Shown piece after piece: positions 42,971-55,705 of a stretch of 64,000 bases of DNA. Numbering within the stretch: position 1 is the first letter of the stretch; the number at the start of each line of letters is the position of its first letter. Origin of the DNA: Azolla caroliniana (Eukaryota > Plantae > Polypodiophyta); NCBI GenBank assembly GCA_043228905.1, contig JBHGNT010000014.1, forward strand, positions 1,116,001 to 1,180,000. Reading direction: 5' to 3'. The translations under genes were made by a program, and so were the position numbers. Under the pieces are notes generated by a model, which searched no databases, had not been told where the DNA came from, and saw only the letters and a list, made by a program, of their open reading frames with translations.

Positions 42971-45900
42971 ATGGATTGGAGTAGCGTTACTCTGCAAGAG
43001 GTTGGTGATGCATTGAAGGAAGCGGAGTGGTCTTCTCCACCACGGCCTCTTCTCGAATTCTTTTCTAGGTTCACTCTTCCCAAGAGCTTCTCAGGGTGGA
43101 GCAGCAGATTCAAGTGCAATCTCTATGTGTAAGTCTCCTTCCACCATCATCATTCATCATTCATCACCATCACCATCACCATCACCGTCATCTCTATTGT
43201 TGCTTGAAGGGGAAATTGAAGTTGTAGGTTTTTGTCTTCTAAATTTGTTGTTTTGAGTGGTTGAGAGGGGAAAAAAGTCTTGCTAGTTGTTTCGAGTTTG
43301 TCACCTTCATAAGATATGACGATGATGATCATCATCTGAAGAAGGATTTGCAGAATGAGCCCTTTGATTTGGATATGAGTATCCATGCCAAAGAGGCATG
43401 TGTTTACAATATGCAATATGTGTAAGAAAATGTGTGCTGTGGTCGGAGCATGTGTGAGCAAAGCCAACAATATATTGTTGTTGGTGAAACATGAAGTTTT
43501 GAAAAGCCAATCGGTAAATTGCGCCTTGACATGGTGATGAATCCTTCCCCCACATACCTACATACCCACATACATACATACATACATACATACATACATA
43601 ACACACAGATATACACATACAAACACACATATTTGCACGTGCATCAGAAGGTTGGATTCCAAGGTTTTTTAATGGGCGGTCTTGTTGTTGTGCGCGATTA
43701 TCAGGGCAGTCACATCCACAAATGTATGGGGTTTGTGTTCATGTGTGTCATGATCCCAATGAGATCCATCCCAAGGCATGTGTGGGTTGACTGTACATGA
43801 CTCATAAATATCCGAGGTGTATACCTCCACCAGTAACTCACGAGAAGGTATATCTTGGATGACAATATGTGGTTTGCTGTCAAATAAAAGACTGAAAAAG
43901 TTGGTTGTAAAGGAGAGATGGGCATGGTTTACTTGCGTTCCTATAGGCCTCGGAGACACCACATAATTATGAATATGTGAAATGAATGATGGCATGTCTG
44001 GCATATAATTCAAAATTTTATCCCAATCTCTATGTGGGAGCACTCACAAATCCTACTACACCTGCATTGAAGTTACCAAGAACAATGATATCTTGTGTGG
44101 AAAACTCCCGAGTCTCTGCATCTCTAGGGAAGTTCAGAGCAATTGCCCCTTGGTCAAGCATAGTCAGATGTAGCAAGTGGAAAGTAGCATAAACATACGC
44201 TCACGTTTCCTCACAATGTAGATGAATGGATTGATATCCTGGCAAAAAAGAATATCAACCTCCCCTGGAGGTTCTTGCCTCTTGAAGTAGTCTCCTGTCT
44301 GCACAATGCCGCCTGACAATATTTTGCTATGCTAGGAAGGTAATTGAAGACTGTCCTGGACCCTGGCGTATGATGTATCACCAAGGAGAATTTCAATCTC
44401 TCGCCTGCATCCAATTTCATAGCTAATATTGCAGTTTGGAAGTTCCAAATATCTAATCCCAGCCTGGTACCATAGGCTTCACATTGCTGTGCAATTTGTA
44501 ACTCTAGTATCACTAGCTTGCATCCTCCATAGTACATACTAGCTTCCTCGAGAATAGATGTCATCACCTTAATACATAGAACTTAATTTCCCCAGGCAAC
44601 AGATGTACCTGAGGATGAAGGATTGGAGCCAGGACTCATTAGAGAAGAAGTATTCATGAACAGCTGGAGTGCATCCCCAGACCTAAAGTTGGAAACATCC
44701 TTCTCTTTGGTTGCTCTGGTATATGGTATTCACTGTTACACATGTGCAATTCGCACCAGTGTGCGGTCATCATTGAGAAAGATAGCAATGTTCTTGATTT
44801 GGCCATGCTTCACAAAATATTCTTTTAGCTGGCTCCTCCTATGAATTACCCACTTTTCCTACTCTAATATATTCGTGTTTCAAGATACCCACAAGTGTAT
44901 ATAAGCCCACTATATCATCTTCTATATTGTTAAACCTGTGATGTGGACTGAATTGTCCCTGTCTTTCTCCGTTGTTCCTTTTCTGTGGTCATGTTTGATG
45001 ATGGTAGAAGTTGTGGCTTTTCTTGCCATAGCTTGGCTCTTCTAATCATATCTAATTTTCAGCCCCTTCATTTGGGTCTTCGTGATCACAATCATCCATG
45101 AGGAAGTCTTATATGACATTTTTTTCCTTCCCTTACCTCAGTTTGGAGAATCTTGTTCCTTGTGTCCTGTATTTGGATTTCATTTCTTTAGGGCAGGGAT
45201 ATCCTTTAATATCTTGTTCCAGGTATTGGCTATACCCTTTTTGTAGTTTCAAAAATTCTTGTTCGGTGTATGTTGATCTATTGTCTTCATCCCAGCTTCA
45301 TGAGACTTTCCCATTTGACCTCAAAATGAAGACGAAGTCATGAAAAAAAAAGGTAGTTATCAAGGCAACGGTGATGACTGGACCATCACAACAGGCTGCC
45401 CACTTGCTGTTTCCATGCTGCTTGTATCTTTCTGACTTTGGATTTCTTTTTGTTTTGATAAATGATGGTGTGAGATCTTCTGTGATCCAAAACACGTTGT
45501 GCCCTCGAGAAGTGTGATGCTTGTTGGTTGGAGAAGCTGGTCGCAACGTCTCTTTGACATGAAGCTCTGGGATGGATGTGGTCATTGGAAAGAGGTTTTC
45601 TCTACTCTTCTGCATAGTGTTGGTTGTCTTCAGGAGGGTTTTGTTGAGGAATACAATGGATTCCTTGAAGTTGCAGTTGGTCCATGCTGGAGTTGTGAAC
45701 CTTGAGAGAGATGTACTAACGACCACAGGAAAGCTTGAGAGATGGAAGAGAAATCGTTTTCCTACTGTCTGGCGACAGGGCAATATTGGCCCATGATGCC
45801 AAACCATGTACACGTTTATGCCATTTGTGTATCATGACAAAAGAATTCATGGAATAGAATAAGGTAAAAATTGAGAGAGGGTAAGAGATGAAATGGATAA

Positions 45901-47054
45901 TGTTAATTGATAACATCTTGGAAAAGCCAATGACAGATGAGACCAAATAATTTATATCCAGATAGAAAGAAGTGTTCATCCTAACTTTCTGATTTGCAGG
46001 TATCGAATGAACTATGCTATTCTAATGTTTCTGATTCTTCTGCTCGGTAAAGCATGTGGTTATACTCAAATACACATTTATGTATTGATTGGAGGAATTG
46101 CTGATTGAGAGATTTCAGGTTCGGGAATTGTACGAAGCTGGGCAGCCTTTGCTGGTGTTGTGTTGATCATTCTTGCGATAATGTGCTTGAATGACAGGTT
46201 TGTGTGCTTCTTTAGGATCAATTCAGTATGCTCAGTGAATCAAAAGGTATATATACTATGAAATAGTCAAGCTCATATGTGTTCTTTATTTACTTCTTGT
46301 GCAGCTTTGCTTTATCTACCAATGAAAAAATCATAAGGACAGTAAGAAGAATTTATCCCCCATTTGCGGCAAAAATGCGAGCTCCATTAACGTATGTTTA
46401 CTTGTAATTAAAAGTATTTTACCTCTCTATGGAAACCATATATATAGCATAAATATATAGCTCTCGAGATTCTTGAAAACATATTTTCTAGCTTTGCTCC
46501 AAAGGACTAGTGGACGTGGTCGACCATTGAAAGGGACGATTTATATATGTGGCAAGGACAGGCGGCTTATTTTTATCGGGCTGCTTTTAGGTGTGAGTTT
46601 GGTTTTCCCAATAGCTTTGTCGCAATTGTTCTTTATATGTAAAACTTTATCTTGTCTCAAATTTTTTGGGGTTTGGATAATTATGGTTAAGGCTTAAGGC
46701 TTATTTTATGTAATTTGTAGCCATGTGAATATATTTTTTAGAGGTATTTGTGACATTGGTTTGTTTCCTTTGGCAGTAAGCATGGTAATCTTATTCCTAT
46801 CATCTTCTCTCAAAATCATCTCCATTTCATTCTCTTCGGGGCTTCTATGTAAGTTTTTTATGTAAATAATGTTTTCTCATCAATTTCTTTCTAAACATCG
46901 GCGAAATGGTGGATATTTCTAAAAATGATATTTGTGAAAAACTTTCCCAGGTATTTTACTTCATACAAGTTTCCGGACCCCAAATTTGAAAGCGAGGTTG
47001 AACACCTTCCGAGAGGAGTTTCGTGCAGTGTGGCGGAGCTATAGTGACTTATGA
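42971..47054 (+). CDS. PRA1.A: PRA1 family protein A (prenylated Rab acceptor 1), 7 exons, ~208-210 aa
   Basis: Exons 42971-43128, 46000-46046, 46119-46197, 46305-46391, 46511(or 46505)-46590, 46777-46848 and 46951-47054, all GT-AG. Translation MDWSSVTLQEVGDALKEAEWSSPPRPLLEFFSRF...KCNLYVYRMNY...CLNDSF...HTSFRTPNLKARLNTFREEFRAVWRSYSDL* matches my recollection of plant PRA1.A proteins. Confidence 0.93.
43550..43630. repeat. (CATA)n microsatellite in PRA1 intron 1
   Basis: catacatacatacata tract. Confidence 0.85.
43900..45750 (-). mobile_element. Degenerate LINE 5' portion (ORF1-like plus APE endonuclease) antisense in PRA1 intron 1
   Basis: Minus-strand fragments EKEQRRK..NSVHITGL..IRVGK..IFLNDDRT (ORF1-like), VCLCYFP and DIIVLGNFNA (GDFNA-like endonuclease motif). 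Confidence 0.6.
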
Positions 47055-48879
47055 TGTGGTTTTGGATAGATAAAGAGAATCTCTCATATGTCTTATAAAT
47101 GCATAATGTTTTGTTTTGTTACCAGTCCTAGTGTACTTATAATAGTGCATGCTGTACTTGAAGTAGGATTTATTTATAAGTTATGTGAACCTTCCCCCTT
47201 CTTTCAAGGGTCCAATATAAAGGATTTATTGTACAGAAAGGCAATGAGGCTGTTTAATATCGTCCATCATATTGACTCATCCCTTGGACCTCGAGATGTT
47301 GTAAGCTTTTCGTTGGAATGAAATTTCTCAAAAATTCAATGTTTTTTATTGTAATGCTTTAGTTGTCTCTTTTGTAATGATAGTGTGGTGGTTTGATATT
47401 GCAATGTAGATGATAAAAGCATTGATATCTCTTTTGTAATGATCGTGCAGTTTAATTCTACGATATAAATGATAAAGGCATTGACAAAAACTTCCAATGA
47501 AAAGCCTCGTTCTCTTGTCAACTCGATCCAAATGAGCTCAACAATCCTTAGCCATGCAAGTAGGGGATATTAAATACAATCGAAATAAGAAAATGGAAAA
47601 GTCGAAATGAAAAAGTAAGCTAGCTTCTATAGTTCATTGACTTTATCTTCCATATGTGTAGATCTATGGTTGAGTAGAGGATGAAAGTGCATGTAGAGTG
47701 TAGACTTCCCGTATAGGCACAAATAACAAGCTCAAAGTAGGAAATGAATGCAAAGTTTCTTAACATGCTTGACATTGTCGAAGATTGTTTTGTCTTAGAT
47801 ACTAATCCTTGAAAGTTGGTACAACCTCGTATGAATTCTTGAAATTCATGACTAATGTCTTCTATTCAGCATTCCAAGGTGACAACAGTTTTTGGTATGT
47901 TGATACAAAGAGCTCATATTAATCCTTGTTTTTTCTCAAAGAGTTTTTGTGTTCAATGCGTGAGTGTGGCACTAGTGTGATAATGTGCCTTGGTCTCTTG
48001 GGTACGAGTGGATATTGACTTGGGAATCAAACAACCACTTGGATAATGTTTGCTAGTGAGCATTAATATGGCTAAAATAGTAGTCAAACTTAAATCAATG
48101 TTGGGGGAAGGAGGGTCTCCAATTTGTATAGGGGGTTGTCAATATGGCCGAGTGAATGAAACATATATTGCAAACTACTTTGGGATGCATTGAAATAAAC
48201 TATATGGAATATATTTGCTTTTGTAGTTTTCTATGTGGGTAGTGGTTCTCCATTTCATGTGGAGGGTTTTCAATGTGGTTGAGTGGAAAATATATCACTA
48301 AACTAATTTTGGATGTCTGGGGCCCAACTTTAAAATAAATTTTCCTTTGTGCTTTTGCATGTCCGGTAGTTCTCCACTTCATGAAGAGAGGTTGTCACTA
48401 TGACTATTGAAAAATATATTAGCAAACTATTTTTGGATGCCTTGGGGATGCCTTGGAACCAACTTTGTTTATATGGTTTTCTATTTTGGGCGCTTCTCTG
48501 TTTCACATGGAGGGCTTTCCATGTGGTTGACTAGAAAATATTTTTTTACCAACTATTTTTTGATGTATTGGACCCAACCAATGCTATCAAAATGTTTTAA
48601 GCTTAAATTATACTAAATTGGTCTTGAGAGATATAGAGATTATTTTGGACAACTAGGACAAGGTGTTTTGTCTCTCCCAATTGTTGAGATATATTTGGTT
48701 ACAAGCATTACATATTTTGCAACCCCCATTTACAAATTTGATTAAGCATATGCATCAAGTAAATTGGTCTTTGGGGTTGTGACATCATGGTCAAAGTTAC
48801 AACAAATGATTTATGTCACCATCTTATTAGTAAGCATACATGGTTGGTAGACTTGATTAAGAAATAATGGGACTAGATT

Positions 48880-49460
48880 AAGAAATAATGAGGAATCAAG
48901 AGGTCCAATAGTTGGTGGTTGAAGGTGTTGCAATTAAGATGTAAGTCTTGTATTCCTTTTAGAACAAAGGTTTTCATTTGGCAAACTATGGTGGTTCGAT
49001 TTCCTCTAGGAGTTGCTTATGAAGAAATCTTGTTTCTAGCATGTGTTACATTTGTTTAGTTGTAGAGGAACACTTTAAACATAGGTTTATTAATTGTCTA
49101 GTAACAAGAACTATTTGGATGTTTATATCAACAATATGGGCTTCTTTAGTTGTGGGTTTGAAATCCCTTTCTAATGGTTGTTTTCCCAAGATGAGGTTGG
49201 ACTGCCCCATTTGCAATTTCAACTTGTGTTTGTATTTTGTATTTCTTTAGTGTTGTAGATTATGGCATTGTTGCATATCAAAATGCTTTTGGTTTTATGC
49301 TCAATATTGAGTTCAAACTTCAAAGACACATTGCATGCTTAAAAGCCATATTCATATGATTGTTTTCCTCGTTGGAGACTTCCAAAAGGACCTAGATCAG
49401 GTAGATGTGTGTAGACTTATAGAAAATCATGTTCACAAATTTGCATTAACTATTGGGTAA
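48880..49460 (+). mobile_element. Degenerate LINE zf-RVT fragment
   Basis: KVFIWQ..., CYICLVVEEHFKHRFINCLVTRTIW. Confidence 0.65.
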
Positions 49461-49726
49461 TATGACAAAATTGGTCCACCTTGAAAGAATCAAGTGATAA
49501 GGGATATAGTGGATAATCAAACGGGTTTCTCTTAATATCACACCCCTCATATCAATAATTGTAGAGCTCAAATTAAACCTATGGGATTAAAAACATTTTT
49601 TTTCACTCACAAATCAATTTTAATATTGGCTTCAGATGTCAAATTAAACCTACGGAATCAAACGAGAATATTTTCACACACATCAATTTTATTATTCTCT
49701 TCAATGCTAAAATATGACATATTACA

Positions 49727-50427
49727 GAAGTCTCAGGATAGTGGCAACATACGGCGTGAATGGGAGGTTGTATGGGGGTCCGTACATGGGCTGAAGTTAA
49801 TAGGGGAAGGTTGGGCTGAACAGTTAAACCCCCACGGTCATGGATTTATAGTGTAGGGTGGCAAGGTGTTTCAACATGTTGGAGTTTGACCTGGCACTAA
49901 CTCAGAATTTTTTGAAGAGATATGGATGATGGTGGCTTGTTTATCGGTTTAGCACATTTGGACCAGACGTTGTAAGTTTGTTTTTCAACAGCAAAAGATC
50001 CCTAGCGGTGAGATGTTGTTAAATATCTGGTTCGAACTAGTATCTTGGTTGCAGGGACGGTATGACTCGATTAAGGGGGAATATGATGCAGCTGAAAGAG
50101 CTCAATCAAAAATCCTGCTGAAATGGGGTAGTTCTCCTATGGTGGGCAGGTCATCATCAGGGCCTAAATGGAACTACCAATCACCCCGATGGCCGTTTCC
50201 GCCAATGGCTTCCATCAGGGACCAGGTGTTGTAAATATGTATAGATATGGTACAAATTACTAGGTTATAAGAGTTGTTGGGATACTTTTGTTGAAAATGA
50301 GGTGGTGACTATGACCACTTTGGTGAGAAGGGCAGAGTGAGGGTTGATGAATTTTTGGTGGTCTATGATGTAATTTGTTTGCTAACTAATGCAAAGTTGT
50401 GTTTTTTTGAAAAACAAAATAAAAAAT
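49727..50427 (+). mobile_element. Short 5'-truncated LINE with A-rich tail and TSD
   Basis: TSD TATGACATATTACA (49713-49726 and 50428-50441), IWFELVSWLQGRYDSI...PKWNYQSPRW, A-rich tail at ~50410-50426. Confidence 0.88.
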
Positions 50428-50945
50428 TATGACATATTACAAGAAATGGAAACAATAGTTCGTGACAATTTGTTTCCCAGAATAAATGTTTTTCTCTCTA
50501 TAGTGGATGTGAGATAAAAGTTTATAATGAAGTTGAAAAGAGAAGGGTTCGATATATAGGGAATATCCAAGAAGAATGTGAAATACTTGAAGAAAAGTAT
50601 CAAACTATAGAGATGATAAAAGAAGTCTCATTCGATGACAAAATTGGGTTTAAGGTGATTCCAATAAACTCTATCACCATGTACACTACAAAATACAAAT
50701 ACAAGACAATGGATTGGAAAGTTAAGCCAATTGCTTTTCCCCTACCAAAAGATAGTTGGAGATGAATGAAGTTGAAGAAATCCAAGTCTTTGCGATCTAA
50801 CGGGTATTGGGCATACATTACCAAAGAAACTTGAGGGAAGTTTCAAATTTGTAGGGGTGACTTACTTTTACCTAACAATGACCATCGATCATGCCCTTCT
50901 TTGGGACATACCGAGAGGATGTGGAAGTTTGGTGGGGATAGATTT

Positions 50946-51927
50946 TGTGACGCAGTCAACCCAAAGAGAGAAACTAGACATAGTTGTAGGATTTTGACAA
51001 GTTAAAGAAAGCTAGAAAGAAAAATGCGCATATGCGAAGATGCATATAGTTAAAGTAGTTAACTAATTAAATGGTTTAAGGGTATACCCATTAAGTAAGC
51101 GGTGTTAAGTTTGAATAGTGTGGAATGTTTTGCTTAAAATACCCAACCTTAAAGTAATAACTCTTAAGACATAAAAGAGTTGGGTCTAGCTCAATTGTTG
51201 GGTGTTGAGTGGAGTGTGGTAAAACTTGAGTGAAAAGTGGATTTAGAGAGTGAAGAAGAAAGAGACATTGTTAATTCAATGTGTGCTAATGCTTTGAGGA
51301 GTGTCACGAGTGTGAATAAAGAGGAATTATCAACGAGAAATGAGAGTTATTGACGACCAGAGAGAATTAATAGCGAGAAGAAGAGTTACCAATGAGAAGA
51401 GAGATTTTGGATGAAAAGACAAACTTATCAACACGAGGAAAAAGTTAATGATGATGAATTATTGATGAAAAAAGGAAGTTATTGCCAAGAATAAAGAATT
51501 ACTAGATAAAATAGAGACTTACCAATGAGAGGAGACCATCGAGAAGAGAGAATATTGGCAATAAGTGAGAACTACTAAAGAGAGTATTATTAGTGAAAAC
51601 CCAAAATTACCGACGAGAACTATGAGCTTGTGATGTTGAGAAACAAGCAAAACATGAATTGTGTTAACATATGCTTAGTTGGCCATAAACATTAAAGGCC
51701 CACTATTAGTCATTCTTGAAAAGAGAATATTGTAACTGACATGCCATATATTGCATTTAATGAGAGAATATTCTTTATCCTACTCTAATGTTAGTTTTTG
51801 TAGAGAGAATGTAAAAAGAGGGTTATTATATAAATTAGTTGGTGTTGCCCAAGTCTTTTTTTTATTTTATTCCTTCCTTTTTAATACAATCTCTTCTTCT
51901 TGTGTACACTGACTTGTCATAATCACA
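50946..51927 (+). mobile_element. Probable old Gypsy-type LTR preceded by a PPT-like tract
   Basis: ggtggggatagattt followed by TGTGA...TCACA, with a degenerate ~21-bp repeat array (gagttattgacgag-like) at 51320-51620. No TSD verified. Confidence 0.45.
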
Positions 51928-53377
51928 TGAAATCATGAGGTAATGGGCTTATGAAAACCTCATATCTTTATAATACTTTCTTCCATCCACTTATATTTGT
52001 CAATTAACTTGTGATAAACATCATTTCTATCATAGTCAATCTCTTATTTTTCAACAAAAGTCCAATCAAGCTCTTGAGATACACTACAGTCTACCTTAAT
52101 CAAGAATTGGGTTATATGATGATATTAACCCTTGCAACTTATCCCAAATAAACATATAATATCTTGGAATACAAAATGTTGATCTTGGTGGTCAAAAGGC
52201 CATTAATATTCTTTGTACCACCAACATAGCATCCTTCACTTTTATCAAACGTAGTCTAGCCATCCAACTAAATTGAAGGTTACGAAGTTGTTTACCTTCC
52301 CACCTCAACAACCCTAATGTCGCCAAAGCCTCTATTTATAATGAATTAGTGCATCCTCTTTCTTGTGGAGGATGCCATTGCACAAAATCCAACATACTTT
52401 GCTCTTTCTCTCTCTCTCTCGCTCTCTCTCTCTCATTTGCACATCGCAGTCTAGTATGTACTAGAATGACGACATCATTTTCTTATTTTTATTTTATATT
52501 CGATGATTGGGTACACATCCCATTTTGTTGTAAACCAATTTGTCTCATCGGCCAAATATGGTCTTCGAAGATGCTAATATTTCTTTCTTTCTTTCTTTCT
52601 TATACATATAGCACAACACACACTCTACTACGTACTAGAAATGCAACGCCTAACTCTAATTCTTTACAAATCAGAGCTAAAACTAAAAGGGGAACCTAAA
52701 GCCCAAAAGTTTAAGAATGAATTCTCACTTGGTTTAGAACCCACTTGGCTCCATCACACTTTCACACATTTTGAAAGAGAATGTTCTCCTTCTTTCCGTC
52801 AAGAACCAAATGACACTAGTACTATAATTGAGGAGACACCCATATTATGGTGAAGGTGGAGAAATAGAGAACATCAACTTAACATTCCATGCTAGGATTC
52901 TAGCATAAATAGTGAAGTTCCCAAAAACACTAGTATCACTACCATTATCATGCCTTTGAGAACAATGGCAACACTCAACAATGGTGGTTGATCTATTACA
53001 ATAGACTTCATACCTAAACTCGCAACAAAGCACTAACTACCTGACTTGGCATGACGTAGTTGTATGCTCTACTCAAAATCGTGTCTATGGCTACTGTCAA
53101 CCTTGCCTGACCCATGTTTATCCATCAACCAACTAACATTGTTGGAATGTGTTAGCCCCAAGTTTGATCTAATCCCTCAAGACCTAAATATCCCACACCA
53201 TGACTATAGACAATAAGACAAAGAAACATGATTAGGAAAATAAAACAACATTCTAAGAAAGATAAGATACACATATAAAATCCACAACATTAGAGATAAC
53301 AACTTCATTAATTATAATAGCAAGGAGACAACCATGTAAAAGAGTTTTTTTTTTCTCTCTTTTTTATTTATTATAAT

Positions 53378-53569
53378 TAGCTTACCCTAGTGGTAAGTCG
53401 ATAACACTACAAGCACTATGTCTTGGGTTCGAAACCCAATTTCCTCACCTCTCTATTATATACTTCATATATATCTCCTATTTCACTAGATGACTGTGGA
53501 ACGTAGGATTTGAACCCATGATCACCTGGTCTCCATTGGGCAACCTTACCAACTGAGCTACATCCATCT

Positions 53570-53606
<37 letters not shown>

Positions 53607-53700
53607 GTAGGGGTTGAACCCATGACCACCTGGTCTCCATTGGGCAACCTTACCAACTGAGCTACATCCATCTGGGCTCTCTCTCTCTCTCTCTCTCTCC
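53378..53700. repeat. Cluster of tRNA-like A/B-box units separated by (CT)n
   Basis: Two near-identical minus-strand units (gtagctcagttggtaagg...gggttcaaatcc) at ~53503-53572 and ~53605-53677, facing one plus-strand unit at ~53378-53437. Confidence 0.75.
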
Positions 53701-54304
53701 ACACACACCATAAGATGACAAGCACCAAAAAGGATAGTGTGTCTTCTGTAGGCGTTCACACTTTATGCTTATCTTCATTCCAAATGGAGTTCACTCTCCT
53801 TTCCAAAATTGTTGGCCAAGAGGTTCGGATTGTTGTATACTCTAATACTAACAAACCTTAACTTTGCGAACTCTCCTTTTCCTCTTTCATAAAGGCAATA
53901 TTAGTAAGAAGTTGAGTAAAACACCTTAGAGGCTTAATTGTTAATTATATACAAACAACTAAGTAAATACTAATGGCAATATATTAACCACATCTAAATT
54001 GTTAAATTATCACAACAAATAGAACAAGGAGAGTGATTAGTATTTGGCTTAGAAGATCTTAACATTAATCACTCACTAATAAGAAGAAGGAGAAATAGAG
54101 ATGGAGAGGATTCTAACTTAAGTTATAAAAGGGGAAGTCCTAAAGTAATAAAGGTCACAAGAAGAGACTTTTATAACTCTTTCACAAAGGTCTTGTCCCC
54201 CTTTGCACTAGAATGGCCGTTTGTCCAAAAGCTCTAGAAGAAATTTTGTTCTATCCCCTTTTTACCTAGTCTTACACTTGGTTAAGTACAAACGTTGTCG
54301 TGGG

Positions 54305-54718
54305 TGTCATGAAGGAATTGTTTCACAATATAAAAATTATACTAAAGCATCATATTAAGTGACATTTGAAAAATTTGAACCCACAACCTTATATACCAAA
54401 TAAAAAGTTCATACCACTAAGCTAAGTTATTTTATTTAAAAACTAAATTCTCATCATTATACTTATTCCATGTAAATTTTCGTTCAAATGAGTGAGATGG
54501 TTATCATGCATCACATGTAATGCATGAGAGCCAAATGGCAATCATGCATTGTATGCATGTCTTGTACCCTCACATGCATCATATACATGGCGGTAAGAAA
54601 GGAAGAAAAACAAAAGAGGGGATCAAGAAAAACTAAAAATAAAAATTTAGTTAACTCATTGGTAATGTGTCTTGTTTCTCAAAATTGAAGTCAAGGGTTC
54701 AAAGTCAGAATTGGAATT

Positions 54719-54763
<45 letters not shown>

Positions 54764-55705
54764 TACTTTCTCGCTTACGCTAGTAAAAACATCGAGTCCT
54801 TCCGGTCCAGGACCTCGGAGGTCCCGCTTCATTTCGCGAACACACGAGGATTTTCCTTAACATCTTTCTTGGTGAACCTGACATGAACGAAGCGGTAGGG
54901 AGGATCAAGGCAAGGATCAATTGATACTTGGTGATGGCATCCTGAAGCAATCAAGCGGGGGAAATCAAAAGAATGATGGTAATCGTAGAACAAATGATGA
55001 GATCCCGGGACAATGATGCAACCGTGGAGAAGGCCATCGATCATGTCATGAAAGTCGTGGGTCAATTTAATGGGAGGAACATTACGGAGTTCCTTGATGC
55101 ATACAAAAGTGAGATGAATCAAAGGGATGTGATTGAAGCATGTCAAATCTCGAGTTTTAAGCGAGTTGTCACCAATAATGTCCAAAGGCGGGTCACCAAG
55201 CTTCAACAAGGAAAGACAACGTGGTTTGAACTGTTCGAGAAAGCAATATTAGCGGAGTTTGCGATCGAGGATTTGTCGAGGATGGCTCGACAGATCTTGA
55301 TGAAGTGTATAGAGAAGAAAAATAAAAAGATGAGCACCTCGAGGGTATACAACGAGTTCGACCAGATGTTTTGTCGTCTCCTCGCCAAGGACTAAGCATT
55401 GCTTGAGGAGGACAAGACTTTGTACTTCCTGAAAGCGGTGGATATGAATGATAGATGAGAATTGGGGTCTCTCCTTGAAGATGACACCCAAACAAATGGG
55501 TTTGTGGCAAACTAGACTCCGGTGAAGCGAGTGTGCAACAGGCTCGACAAGCGTTGTCAATGGCTTGATGACACTGATTTGGCAAGGCCGAGCGTAGAAA
55601 AAACAAGACCACCAAAAGTAGTTGAGCTGCCTAAACAAAGCAACATCCAAAGTTTAACGAAAGTAACATCCATGACAGAAACGCAAGATCAACCAATAAC
55701 TTTTT
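54305..55705 (+). mobile_element. Gypsy remnant: 5' LTR (54305-54862), tRNA-Trp-type PBS and degenerate gag
   Basis: PBS tggtgaacctgacatgaa (54870-54887) matches the tRNA-Trp 3' complement TGGTGAACCCGACGTGAA with two CpG-type changes. Gag segment VGQFNGRNITEFLDAYKSEM. Interrupted by Copia D. Confidence 0.8.

Noticed and set aside
42493-43119. 208-aa minus-strand ORF and other antisense ORFs over TEs
   Set aside because: These are shadows of PRA1 exon 1, low-complexity DNA or GC-rich retroelement coding strands, with no independent motifs.
43669-44567. Endogenous viral genes in PRA1 intron 1
   Set aside because: Adjacent frames give LINE endonuclease and ORF1-like motifs, and no viral hallmark motifs were recognised.
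47500-48620. Possible gene downstream of PRA1
   Set aside because: Only short ORFs and degenerate repeats (gcaaactattttggatg-like) are present, with no coherent exon structure or recognisable domain.
53503-53677. Functional tRNA genes
   Set aside because: A and B boxes are present, but I could not form acceptor and anticodon arms. They are treated as tRNA-derived repeats.
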